Shown: piece by piece, positions 1 through 11,887 of the stretch
Layout of the letters: each line of letters begins with the position of its first letter
Numbering within the stretch: position 1 is the first letter of the stretch
NCBI GenBank assembly: GCA_001949185.1
Contig: BDGG01000002.1
Coordinates: 7,988,448-8,052,447 of the forward strand
Direction of reading: 5' to 3'
Origin: Ramazzottius varieornatus
Taxonomy: Eukaryota > Animalia > Tardigrada
DNA: 64,000 bases
The notes under the pieces: generated by a model
The model's database searches: none
Seen by the model: only the letters and a program-made list of their open reading frames with translations
Told to the model about the DNA's origin: nothing
Translations under genes and position numbers: made by a program

Positions 1-529
1 CGCTACTTGAACTGGAATCTGTGGCAACAAAACTGGACACTGCTAAGCAAGCAAAATGACCTCACAGCGCGTCGGTAGTCTAAAAACCATGGTCAGCCCA
101 AATATGCAAACTGCAAAGCAACCCGGCATTTATTTCACACCAGCCACAAGAATGTTTTGTCAAAAGCTCAGCGGAACAAAAGAGAACGAAACCCCCGAAA
201 CGTATTAAATCGAGACACAGAAACGCAGAAAGCGTCTTGCAACGAACACAAAACTGCGGATGTAAAACAACCCCACTTCAACATTGATAAGTATTCACCG
301 TGCTCCTGACGAGTCGCATCGTCCAAAGGAAGAAAGTTTCGTACTGTTGGTCGGCTAATTGATGGCACTGAATCCGGTAGGCTTGCAGCATACACGTATC
401 ATGAATATGTAGCCCTAAAGAGAAAGCAGGAGCACGCTAAAAACCGAGATCTCCACACAACAAGACTATAGAAAGCACGGGTCCTTCAAAGTACAAAATT
501 AATTCTTCGAGACCCGACAAGCTCGGTTA

Positions 530-927
530 TCATCTGGATACGTACACAGGGGCGTGAAAGCTTCGCTGGTAGTTGATTTTATGGTGGAGCAGGTGCCCTC
601 GCTGAATCATGGATTCGCATCCACAGGGTGTCTCCAGAAGCGCTTCCGATAACTCAAAGGCGTTGTCACCTATCAGCAGAAAAGCACTGAACGATCGAGC
701 TGGTGCAAGGACAGCTTTATCGAGATAATGTGCACACCCGTGAAAATCTCCACTACAATTCCTAACCACAACCCCTCAGTTCCATAATCAACGTCACCAC
801 TTTGTGCGATGGATGGCGGAAAGAACCTCTTGAAATCTGGCGATTTTTTCAAGGTAGCGAAGGAGATATTGGCAACTTGACGGGTTTCCGGAAAGTAGAC
901 GATGGCGTAACCTGTATGTTTTGCCAT
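530..927 (-). CDS. Small hypothetical spliced protein (orphan); 3' end uncertain
   Basis: ORF 673-927 (MAKHTGYAIVYFPETRQV...EIFT) joins in frame to ORF 530-769 (GDNAFELSEALL...) through a 68-nt GT-AG intron at 670-737. No family recognised. It may splice further downstream. Confidence 0.4.
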
Positions 928-1166
928 AACGGAGAAAGACAGAGAGAGGAATCAGCCGATTGAAAATCAGAACGGCGAAAACTGACAAGCTGGGATACAG
1001 CACCAAAACTCTGACCGAAACCTGAGAAATCCAAGTTACCAAGCCGACGGTACCAAGTAAGTGTATGAAAGTATACTGTAATGTTGACCACTCTTTCAGT
1101 CGCACAGTGCGCTAATAAGGCAAATCCCCAACTTGTACTGCGGCTATGTTTCATGATTGTCACAAG

Positions 1167-4100
1167 CTAATTAAATCGAGGATTATGCTTCTTGAGATGC
1201 TGCTCAGTATCGGTGTTCGATTGAGAAGTTGTGGGTGGCGTCGTTCGAGCTGTCACTTTTCCAGGTAGCGCCTCCTCAGTTACTTTTGCTGTTCTACCAC
1301 CGGGTAAAGCATCGTCCACTGCACGCTGAGTAGAAGCAACAGGCGCTGTCGCGTTTTGTTTGTTGTCTAGTTCTACCGATTCCATTGACCATTCTTTCGT
1401 CGGCCGATCAACAACGTCCAGTACAGTATGTTCGAGCAAATTTGTCTGTGGGTGGGTATGTGATTCCTCAGGCTCGTTACTCTCTATCCTTAGCGAAGTC
1501 TCCTCAAACAGCGGATTGTGTACCACCAGAGTCGTTGGTTCCTCTCTCCTGCGTGAAAGCAACTCAGCATCTGGTGATGGCTGACTGTTGGCATTTTCCA
1601 CAGTTTCATGCCTGTTACGATGTTGCGCAGCCTGATGTGCTCTCTGCTGCATGAGCTTGAAGCTGTCCGAGTCGGTTTGGTGAAACTCGGCATTCCGAAT
1701 GCTCTGAAACATCCGATCGCGCCTTTCGTTGAAGTCTTCCGACGTGCCCTCAATAGGACTGAAGTCCTGGCTGTTGGTTTCTTTCAGACGACTGATGTGA
1801 TCCATCATGGAGGGTGTTACCGCAAAGTTGCCTACGAAGGAAAAACTCACCAATCAGTTTTTCGGTTATATCCCTCTCTCTCTCTCGCGCACTCGTTAAT
1901 CAATGTGCTATAACGCCGCTGCGGACGGACTTTGCAAAGAACAGAGACGTACTGAGGTTACTGTCCATCGAAGGAGGGTCAGCGTAAACATGAATAGCCT
2001 CAGTAGAGGCGTTTTTAAGCGGATCAATGGCGTCATCGGAGACTCTCTCCACAGTTCCGATCACGACTTCCGGCCGGTGTGCGGGTAGAGGGACGTTCAG
2101 CTCTTCCGTTGTCTGATGGAAATCTCTCTGGTTCGGTAGCTTGCCATCCACATGCCGAACTGGACTTCCTCCCACAGGTACCACAAGCTTCGTGGGTTGT
2201 TCTTCGATTTCTCTAGAACGTATTCCGTGCCGAGGTAACGCCGACGACAGGACCGTCATGGAAGACAAGAAGGAACTTGCGCTCGCCTGCGTGTTGAAAC
2301 TGGATCGTGACTGCGACAAGTCTGAAGGTGCCAGCGAAACGACGACGTCAGCCACACTGGCCTCCTTCTGAACTTCAACTACCGGCTCGACTTTTATATG
2401 ATCGGGTTCTGCTGCCAGGAAGCTGACATTGGACTGCTCTGGGTCCAGAATGTACTCTGAGTCCATGGCGGAGAAGGTGGTAGTCACTGCGTCACCACTT
2501 GTTGCTGTTAGCAGCCGTCGATGATCAGTTTTGGAAGTGGCAACGTACGGTCGTATTGGAGTTTCTTCAAGCTTGGCCACGGACTTTTGGCTGTCAACGG
2601 CGGTGTGGAGTAGTCCGCCAAAGGCTGGCGTGTGAAGCACATCCAGTCGACCACGAACAGGCTGGCTGGTTTCACCTGACCCAGCAGAGACTTGTTCACT
2701 GCGGATGGAGGAGAGGAAGGAGGGTTCGGAGCGTAATGCTTGTATTCGGCTGTCGACCTGACGACGCTTGGTCTTGTCGGAAGTCAGCAGAGGGTTGTCT
2801 TCGAGGCGCAGTTTCTGCAGAAGCGGTCCGCTTTCCTCAGCGGCTTCCGGAGCTTCTCTGACCTCGGCTAAAACAGACAAATACGGAGTCTGTCTTGTTA
2901 ACAGGTGAAAGTTTCCATAAACTATAAAGACAGGTACTTCTCTGGTAGATGCCCACGAGGACGTCAGCAGGTGTAGGCGGAAGGTCTTCCAAGTTTTCGT
3001 CCTGGTCGTGATGATGGTGAACGTAGCTGTGGTCTAAATCCTTCTCCTGTCCCTGAAAGTATCGCTTTCCGTCCTTGGACACTCGAAGAATCTGTGCGTT
3101 AAGCACATGGGCGGGTGGAACTTTCATGATTCCCGCTTTGCGTTTCTTCAGTGCTCGGATGACGGCAGCCGACTCGAGCACCGATGGATGGAAGGTGCCG
3201 TGGATGTCCTTGCCGTCCAATGCTTCCACTTGACTGGCGTGGTTATCGTTGATGATGCCTTCTTCCGTGTTGTACGGCACAAAGTCGTTGCCTTGAGTGT
3301 CCAGCTCGTCTTTGCCGTAGAGTATGTCGTCGAGGAGGTACTGCTGCTCAAAGTAGTTGGAGCCGATAAGCCAAAAGGTCCGCTTATCGTAACCACGAAC
3401 GGGATGCGAAGCTTCGATGACGCGGTACCGCACATACACTTTCGCCACTGTGAAGAAAAAGCAGAGAACTTAAAAGTTTGGACGTGTTGCAAACTTTAAG
3501 AAAAGTGTCTGATCAGTCTGCGTTTTATTCCTATCTCTTTTTTTACCGCATAGGAGATTATCCAGGTACATATTGTGGTTGTGTAGACGCAATCAACATA
3601 CACGCGCGAAGGGAAAGTTTGGATTAGTCAAAAGTTTGGAACAGTCGATTCCGAAACAGTGGAACGGAAGTTCGTACGTACGTGTACAATTCACACCAAT
3701 CAACTTTTTGATAATTTTCTACGGTTAAATGCTCAATTTGCCGTCTTTTCCGCCTGTTCCAAACTTTTTACTGGTCCAAACTTTTCCTTCGTGCGTGTAC
3801 ACTGGGGGAGCCAACAATTTTGCTTTTTTTCCATATCATTTTTGTTTCGAAATTTTTACTCGCACTGCTACTGCACAATAATCTTGTATAATACAGTAAG
3901 AACATCTCACGTTTTTTGAGCTGGTCATTAAAATCTTCAGAGACGAGGATTCGGTAAGGCCTGGATGCTGTCTCGATCAGGTAGGCTGTTTTCATCAGGT
4001 CGCCGAAGAGGACGTAGTGTGGAGCGGAATAGTCCAAGCATCCGGCGGACACGGCACCACTGTGGATTCCGAAGCGAAGTTTCAATGGTTGGTTGAACGG

Positions 4101-7100
4101 TGTACGGGAGTTGTAGGCCCAGATCATGTACTCGAAGGCGATCTGGGCGATACTGTGGACCGGGTCTAGCTCCAGACCAAATGGTACACCACCCACAGCG
4201 ACGACCGTGGCGCCATCCCAGTGCAACCGGTAGACCCGACCGTTCTTTTCGACGATCTCGTCGAAGACCCGGTGCATCAAGTTCAACGTCTCCATTGCCA
4301 CCTGAAAAGAAATCAAAAATCAAAGTGGATTAGAAAATAAAACACCGAGCAAATCCTCAAATGAATGACGTCCACAAATGAACCGAAGAGTATTGTTATC
4401 TCAAGTGGCGTAAGCTTTCCTTGTTATTGACTGACAGTGTGCGCTACTTGAGAAAGCGATCCGGGTAAAATCATCTACCCACGCCTCGAGACAGACATTA
4501 ATTTGTTTCGATAAAATAAGTACAATATAATGGCATAATACTAGATCGAATGAAGTTTACTACAAAGGTGTGAAGTCGTACTTGGGGATCGTGGGCGGTT
4601 AGAAGGCCATCAAAGTTAGTCAAGGAACACCTCAACACCACAGCGTCTTCATGACGCGTGAGTGGTGGTCGAGTTCGCGCCAGGTAGATTCGTCGCCAGA
4701 TGGGATACGGAACCAGTACTCGACTGTAGCGGTGGAACTCTTTCGACACGGTCTCGAACCTTTCTTCCATCCGTTGGCCGCGACGTTTCAGCTTGTCGGC
4801 CATCAACTGGCTCTCGATGACCAGCAAGTCAGATATCGGCTTCCTGAAGGATGTCACTTTCTGCAGGATCTTCCTGACTTGCTTGAAAGTGGGACGCTGC
4901 TTGGGGTTGAATGTCCAGCAGTGCTCAATAAGATGATGGATGGACATCGGAGCCTCGTTACCTAAAGATTTCACGTCATAATGGCTGCCGTGATACTGTT
5001 AATGAGACGGTGAAACGAGGTAGTGCGCACCCGGAAGTAGGCGTGGCCGAAGGTTGCCGCTAAGGACCTTGGTCAGGATGTCCGTCGGTGTGAAGTTGTA
5101 CGGTGCATCTTGGTAGCGTTGGAAGGCTGCGTCCTCGCCAAAGATTTCGCCCAGGATAATCCCGAAACTGTATACGTCCTGAGCTTGTGTGGGCAGTGCG
5201 GCGGCACCCAGCATGCCGGACTGTAAGACTTCCGGTGCTGTCCAGTATAGCCATGGGTAGAAGGCGGTCTGTTCAAAAAGGGTCAGTCGCTTCGCCAACC
5301 GCGTTTCTTGGGCAAAGTAAGAGCCTTGCAGCCGGTGAAGGTGATTGTATTCCCTGTTGACAAATTTGGAATGAGAAATAATCAGGTACTGCGACAAGAG
5401 AGGACGGTCGTACCAGTCGCCAACTTTGGCAGCCAAGTTAGCTTCGATATAGATGGCGCAGCTTCGTAGATTTCCGTGGAGAATTTCGTTCCTGTGAAGG
5501 AATGCCATACCTTCTGCAATGTCGCACGACAGCGAAAACTTCATGTTGAGGGTAAAAGTCTGTTCTTTGGCAATCATCAAAGAGCGGAGATCTCCATACG
5601 GACCTGCAAAAAGTCAGCCATTAAACCCAGACCTTTCCCGATTCCTCTACTCTGCTCTCTTTTTCTATTGTCTCTTACAAAAATTAGAGACGAAATAACG
5701 GCCATTCTTCACCTCAGATATTCCATAGAAAGTCGATACGTGCGGATGTTGAGAGTGGTCCATCATCTCCACTAACGCCTACGAAACCGGTACCGGAAGT
5801 GGATCAAAAAAATAATAGCTCCGGAGGAGCGATTGGTAAACGATTTGCCCTGGATCGTTATCTCAAGTGGCGCATGTTTTCATTGTGCTTGCCTGACAGC
5901 ATACGCCACCTAGGAAAACGATTTGGGCAAATTTATCCGCCCATGTCCCGTATTTTGAAAACTGCATGTTGATCTTACCCGCTTGATCTTTTGGTTCATT
6001 CGATGGATGTTCAAACTGCAGGGTCGAAGCATGACTTGATATGCTTTATAGCGGCCAAAGTACATGGTATGGACATAGGACTTGGGCGTATGATAATCCA
6101 CGACCCTGCGAGACGCAATGACGCCCTTGAACCTATCTGTCGGGGCGTTCAGCTTCTGTACCAGGAAGATCTCCGAGCTGGAGATCTTATACACGGCATC
6201 TCGTATTCTTTTCAGGATAAAGAACAGTATGATGAGCTCGTAAGTCCCATACAAACATACGGCAATAGTGGGTGTCAGGACCGAAGCGAAAATGATGGTG
6301 GCGCTCATGTCGGCGTCGGCAATGGCGATAGCCGACTCGTTGCGAATTTCCATCTTCATCAGTTCCCATGCGTTGTAGGCGATGCTGGGGTTCTCTGAGT
6401 CATAACACGTGATGTTTTTCAGTCGTTGGCGGTTGATGTAGTACATCTTGGCATCCATGAAGACGTACGGCTCCGAGCTGGGCATTGTGCGCAGGTCCTT
6501 GTTGGTAGCCAGAAAACGCCAGAACCGTAGCATGTTGGTGGTCCTGTTGCAGTCCAGCGGCTTGCCCAAGTACGTGCCACGTTGCTTGAACACCATACTG
6601 TAGAGCAGAACCAGGGGGTAGACTTTTCTAGGGGTGAACCAAGGAAAGAGTGTCCCGTTGATTTCACCGAAAGCTGTTACCACGTCAGTGAGCTATAAAA
6701 GAAAAGAAAATGGAACAGTGATGGGATAATTTCTGTAATTATAAAGAGTTTATGAACAGACAAACCGAGAGGCTGGCAAACAAAACGTACAAGATCGTAA
6801 ACTCAAGTGGCGCATCCTTTCAGCAGGTAACGATGGAAACGTGCGCCACTTGAGGTGGCTATCTTGAACGCACGCTCCGTTTGCCGACCTTCCAACTTCC
6901 AAGTCCTACTTTCACAATGTGACAGGACTTTGTAGGCTATTTATGTAACACACAACATGGAAATCAGAAGAAGACATAAATGATCATATAAAGCTGAAAC
7001 CAATAGATCAAGACTTACCGCTTCCCTGTCCGGATAAATGTAAACATTCGAGCCAGGTCCCGTCTCCAGTGCAATCATGGCCGCATTGTTGTCTTGGGCT

Positions 7101-8293
7101 TCTTTAAAACTGCTCAGCGAGATGGAGTATTCCAGGCTTTGTGAGTGCCCTAAATACTGGACAAGGCTGGTTCCTTCCCTAAAGTTCGCCGCGTAAGGTG
7201 GCGGAGGTCGCGGCTGCCCCGTCATCATATTGAAGGGGGCAGTCATCGTCGCTTTCCAGTCGGATAGAACCACGTCTGTCCAGTTATACGACCAGCCGAG
7301 TGTAGCCAGAAGCATGGTCAAAGCAAAGTTATCGTACGACGCTCTTCCATCCACACAAATCTTGATGGTATAATCCGTTTGGGGATCGCTGAAGGTACTT
7401 GAGGTGTACCAGTCATTGTTCCAGCCCAAGTTGAGGGCTGGATCCGCCCAGGTCTGCACACTGCCGTTGAATATTTGCACTATCTGCAAGAGACTAAGCC
7501 TGAGGTCGCCGCCTTCGGGTATGTCCGGGATCTTGTGCGTGAGAACCAGCATGGAAGCCACCAGCGGGATGAAAGGAACTAGGTCGGGGAAAAGGACGTT
7601 GTCGATGCCACTCGAAATCATGGGGCTTATGACGAACGACAGTGACTCGTTTGGTTTGGATGGGATGTTGGTAAAATGCTGCGTGTCGTTTATCCCGATC
7701 GGAGGAGACTGATCGCTAAAAGAAAAAGACCGGTCGACCCTAAAGCATTTCTTCCATGCGCGTATAGAGGATCCAGACTACGACTGGGCATTATTTTACC
7801 GAAACATTCCTCGCAATCCGTTGCCGCACACAAAGCTCAGACCATCCCGAAGCACAAAAATAGTCTGTGTATCGTTGTAAATGTCTTTATCGTGGTATAC
7901 ATTTGCCAGCGGCTTCCTGTACAACGCGTAAGCGCTCATCCAGTCCCGTATGGCCGGTCTAAAAAAGCAGTCATTTACCGTGGTCCACTGTCCAAATTAA
8001 TACATAACGAGAGGACCAACCAACCCGACACCGAAGGGGCCGAAGCCGGCCAGCGTGATGTTGGTGCGTAGACGGTCCTCGCGCTGGTTGATGGGGGCCA
8101 TGGGCTTCTCCTTATCCCACGCTGCCAGAATTTCATCCATGCTATCGTCATACTCGTCGGTGGACAGGACGTGAGTAAACCCATCGGAGTATTCATCGTC
8201 AATCAGCGTCATGTTAGCCCCATCAACCCATTCTAACTTCCACCATAACAACACGGCGCACAGCCAACAAGGAAGTCTAGTCCGTAGGATCAT
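1167..8293 (-). CDS. Receptor-type guanylyl cyclase-like protein: signal peptide, PstS-fold ectodomain, TM, kinase-homology domain, degenerate cyclase, long low-complexity tail (about 11 exons)
   Basis: ATG 8293 with signal peptide MILRTRLPCWLCAVLLWW. PstS-like blocks ([49 protein letters not shown]). TM ATIIFASV...ILFFIL followed by KRIR. KHD motifs DIAEGMAFLH, HGNLRS, LYWTAPE, DVYSFGIIL, CW..NPKQRPTF. Cyclase motifs LRFGIHSG, HYVLFGD, TFWLIG. Phase-compatible GT-AG introns, e.g. 3448-3910. Stop at 1167. Confidence 0.85.
3601..3797. mobile_element. Tc1/mariner-type MITE (197 bp) in a cyclase-gene intron
   Basis: Imperfect TIRs of about 44 bp (CACGCGCGAAGGGAAAGTTTGGATTAGTCAAAAGTTTGGAACAG and its reverse complement at 3754-3797), flanked by TA on both sides (3599-3600, 3798-3799). 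Confidence 0.75.
4402..4450. repeat. Family A palindromic core
   Basis: CAAGTGGCGTAA-N25-GTGCGCTACTTG in a cyclase-gene intron. Confidence 0.85.
5864..5912. repeat. Family A palindromic core
   Basis: CAAGTGGCGCAT-N25-ATACGCCACCTA with outer arms ATTTGCCC..GATCGTT / AACGAT..GGGCAAAT; intronic. Confidence 0.85.
6804..6852. repeat. Family A palindromic core
   Basis: CAAGTGGCGCAT-N25-GTGCGCCACTTG with outer arms GGCAAAC / GTTTGCC; intronic. Confidence 0.9.
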
Positions 8294-8579
8294 TTTCCTT
8301 TTCAGACGACAACTTCCTTCTTCGGTACCAAAGAAGAAGCTCGTTTGCAAGCTCAGCAGGCCAGAATGTCGGAGCTCGAGCGATTACGAAACCTGAAACG
8401 TACGAGTACCTGTCAAATCTGACTTGGATCGTTGACGGGCAACTGTCCAGCCATACGGACCTCGATCCTTTAGCAGTGTAACCTGTGCGTTCCCTACGGA
8501 CGAAGTTTCTACGCCATAAAGACAGCTGCAGTTTGGTATTCCACTAGTCCCCAGGTGTCTTCACGGAACATCTGCCACA

Positions 8580-8623
8580 CTTCCGCATGAGAATTGCTTC
8601 TGGCGCCAATTCTCATGCGGAAG
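8580..8623. repeat. Perfect 17-bp inverted repeat with 10-nt loop
   Basis: CTTCCGCATGAGAATTG-cttctggcgc-CAATTCTCATGCGGAAG between the MED31 3' end and the cyclase-gene start. Confidence 0.9.
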
Positions 8624-8965
8624 GACAGCTACGGAATCCCGGCTTCAGGTGCGGTTTACGCGAGCCACAAACAACAACCCTTTTTGACTCACGCATGATG
8701 TCACGGAAGAAACCGAAATCAGCACATGTCACTGTGACTTAAGCTTGAACCAAGCGAATAAACTAAAGTGCTAGAATTAATCAATCGCGCACTTACTGCA
8801 CAGAAGGATGTAAAACCTCCATCAGTTCGAAACGCAAAAAAGTCAGAGGGTGAATTTCTCAAGGAGCTTTAGCTAATCGTATCGAACAGACCTGAAATAC
8901 AGAGCTTCCAAAAGGAGAACGATCTGCTTTCGATACCGCACAGCGAAAATGACAATGATCACTGA

Positions 8966-9400
8966 TCATGTCTGCCCTTCTTGAACTGGTGGTTTGGTCG
9001 CTGTTGCCGCTTCTTGATTTCCCGTCGTCTGCAGCAGGATATTCTTCTGTCGAGTATAATGCTGCCAGAAAAGAACTTGCTGGTCGTCGATGAAGCGTGC
9101 CCATTGCGGGTTAACCAGCTGCTGTCGGAAGGCGTCATGTTGTAGGAGATCCAAGAACGTCAGGCAGTAGGGATACTTGATAAACTGCAGGTATTCCGGC
9201 TGCTTCCAGTACAGCAGATACTTGAGGTAGTTGATAAAGTTCTTGTTCTTGAAGTATCCTCTTTGCGCCAGAAAGTTGAGGTAGTGAGGGTTGGCCAGAC
9301 ACTGGACGAATTCCAGCTCGGCTTGGAAGCGCACCTTCTGCGGATCTTCAGGCATTATCGTCACGTCGTTCGATGATCCTCCTCTTGTTAATGCCGCCAT
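8966..9400 (-). CDS. MED31: Mediator subunit 31 (SOH1), intronless CDS
   Basis: RFQAELEFVQCLANPHYLNFLAQRGYF..FINYLKYLLYWKQPEY..FIKYPYCL..LDLLQ is the MED31 signature. First in-frame ATG at 9400. Confidence 0.95.
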   Translation of the reverse strand: MAALTRGGSSNDVTIMPEDPQKVRFQAELEFVQCLANPHYLNFLAQRGYFKNKNFINYLKYLLYWKQPEYLQFIKYPYCLTFLDLLQHDAFRQQLVNPQWARFIDDQQVLFWQHYTRQKNILLQTTGNQEAATATKPPVQEGQT

Positions 9401-9865
9401 GCTCCGATCAACACCGATCCCGTACCTGCACCCGGAACAAGATGAACTCGTACAAGCTGGTGGAACCGAAGTCAGAAACAAATACTACCCTCGCTCGACG
9501 ATAAGAAGGCCAGAAAGGTTTCTTTGACAGTTTATTGTGGTTTTTAATTCGAACGAGAGAGCTCGCCAAAACTCCACGGCTCACAGCTGTGAGCTTTTTC
9601 ACTTCTTCGTCCGTAAATATTTCATGCTGCGAGCCGTTCGATCGATCGACTGATTAATATAAATCGCCCTTCGCAGTAAAATGCCACCATACGACCTGCT
9701 GTTGCTCTTTGCGAAAAATGGCAAAGTGCGCAATGCGCGCTGATAATTATTTCCAAGAATTTTTTCGACGAAATTTTTGAATTTCCCTTTCCGCTCCACA
9801 TTCGGAACATTCGTAATCTGATCCCCCTTCTTCTGTTTAGAAGCTGCCTGACTTGAGAGGATACG

Positions 9866-11887
9866 ATGGACGAAGACGAGATGGATTTGGATTACGACCG
9901 TATAGACAGCGAGCATCACGACATGAGCGGGATGGAGGACGAGTTCGACGAGAACGTCTTGGCCATCGAAGCAGACGACATGGAAGTGGCTGTTCCTGCC
10001 GAAGAGATCCGCAACTTCTGCCTCCAGAAATTCAAAGCGACCGACTTCATCATGGAGCCTGTTCTCATGGAATTTCTCAATCGCTACTTTGCAGCTGACG
10101 GCAAGCCTGACGAAGCCATCGAAGCTCTCTCCAGCAGCTACGAAGGCATCGCTCAGTACGTCAACATGTTCGCTGAATGGCTTATCATTCTCGGCGAAGA
10201 ACCGATGGCCGTTCAAGAACGCATCGAAGGCTACCTGGAGGAAATGATCATTAAGAACTTTGACCCGAAGAAAGCGGATCGCATCTTCACCAGTGAAGGA
10301 GGCATTCCGCCGTGGATGACGGAGCTGGTCACCCACAAGAACTGGCGCAAGATGATCTACAAGCTCGTCGATGTGCATCGCGATTGTAACATGCTGAATT
10401 TCACCATCAAGATCATCTCGGAAGCTGGCTTTCAGAATGAGATTCCAGCGACAACGACGGCTGTGAATCAGATGGAAGTTTTCGCGAGGGTGTTTGATGC
10501 GGCGTTCGGACGTGTCGTCGATGAGGGCGAAGCTGCTCTTCCGGAATTCTCGAAGTTGATCACCACCGGCGAGTGCACTTACCTCGCAGCACAACTGGCC
10601 ATGAATAGCCTGGTTCCGGAAACCTCCAGGGATGCACCTCACCTCGGAATGAATCTCGTGAAGGTACGTGCGGAATTTCCAAACACGGCAAACCTTTGAT
10701 AGCTTCAAAATCAGAAAACGAAATCTGAACATATCGAGTGGGCGGAGTCTTCGCTGCACATGATGATGGATGCGCACCGGCTGGTACGCGAGCACGGGAA
10801 ATTATTGCACGTGCGCGCACGGTGCTGTGGTCGAACCAATCGGAAAATTCCGATTTAAGTTTGGTTATCAATTTCAGTCGCTGTCCAACCGGAAGTGTTG
10901 TCTTTGCAGATTATGCAGGAAGTGGACGAAAGCGTGAAAGGCCATCACACTCTCCCAACTCAACTTATCCTGGCGAAAGGTGCAGCCTGGCCGAAACAGA
11001 CTCAAGCTGTAGCGTCCATGATCTCCAAAGGCAGCCTCAACCCCGCGGACATCCAGATCCTCTTTCAAGCCTACAACTCGGACAACCCACCACCTGTTGC
11101 GCTTCTCAAGTTCCGGGACTTTGTCGACATGCTCATCGAAAGCCTCTTCTCCACCGACCCGAAGATCCCTCTCGAACACAAGCCTAAATACATCTACCTT
11201 CTCAGCTACATGTCCTCCGTCCACGAGAAGTGGTCGAGGCAGACTCAGCAAAGAACGGAAGTGAACAAGGACGAGTTGAAGTTTACCATCGAGTCTGTCC
11301 GGAGGGTGTTGGACATGACAGCCAAAGGCAGTCAGAACGACGTCGTCAGCGAACTCCCGGCGGTCTTCGCTCTTGTGAAGACAACGGTGATAGCTTTAGG
11401 CATGCTTTACTGGATCGGGAAGACGGTGAAAGATCCGAACTACTTCAGCTTGACTGGGGAGAGCAAAGTAACGCCTGTACATTTGATCATCGTAGATGAG
11501 ATTGCGACTTTACATCCGACACTTCACAAAAGAATACTAGATTTACTGATTAATTTCTTTGAGTCGCCTTTCGACCAGCTGGATGTGTTGATCAGATTGC
11601 AACTTCAAAAAATGTTTCTGGATCGGATGATCCATTTGATCAGTTGCGGGTGTGTGATACCTGTCTTGCAGTACGTCAAAGCGGCGCATGGTAAACAGGA
11701 CACGGATGTGTCGGTCTTCCGGCATTTCGTAGTGGAACTGCTGGATATTATAACGCCGGAGTGCTCGACAGAGTCCAAGGAGCTGCTGTTGCCGTTGGTA
11801 TCGGATAGCGTTATAACGGGAGCGTTACGACTTCCGGACGGAAAAGACCCAGTATCCATCTTTCTTGAAGAAGGCAAGAAAAACTGA
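9866..11887 (+). CDS. NELFCD: Negative elongation factor C/D (TH1-like); exons 9866-10663 and 10910-11887
   Basis: DFIMEP, KNFDPKKADRIFT.EG..PPWM.ELV.H..WR..IYKL...H.DC.MLNFTIKIIS.AGFQ.EI, LNPADI..LF..Y....PPPV, HKPKYIYLL, LDRMIHL.S.GCVIPV. Phase-0 GT-AG intron at 10664-10909. Confidence 0.95.

Noticed and set aside
6300-8060. Bacterial contamination or a recent insertion as the source of the PstS-like sequence
   Set aside because: The domain is interrupted by GT-AG introns, one holding a host family A repeat, and is in frame with an animal-type KHD-cyclase.
9599-10795. 398-aa antisense ORF over NELFCD
   Set aside because: It shadows the coding strand and has no recognisable motifs.
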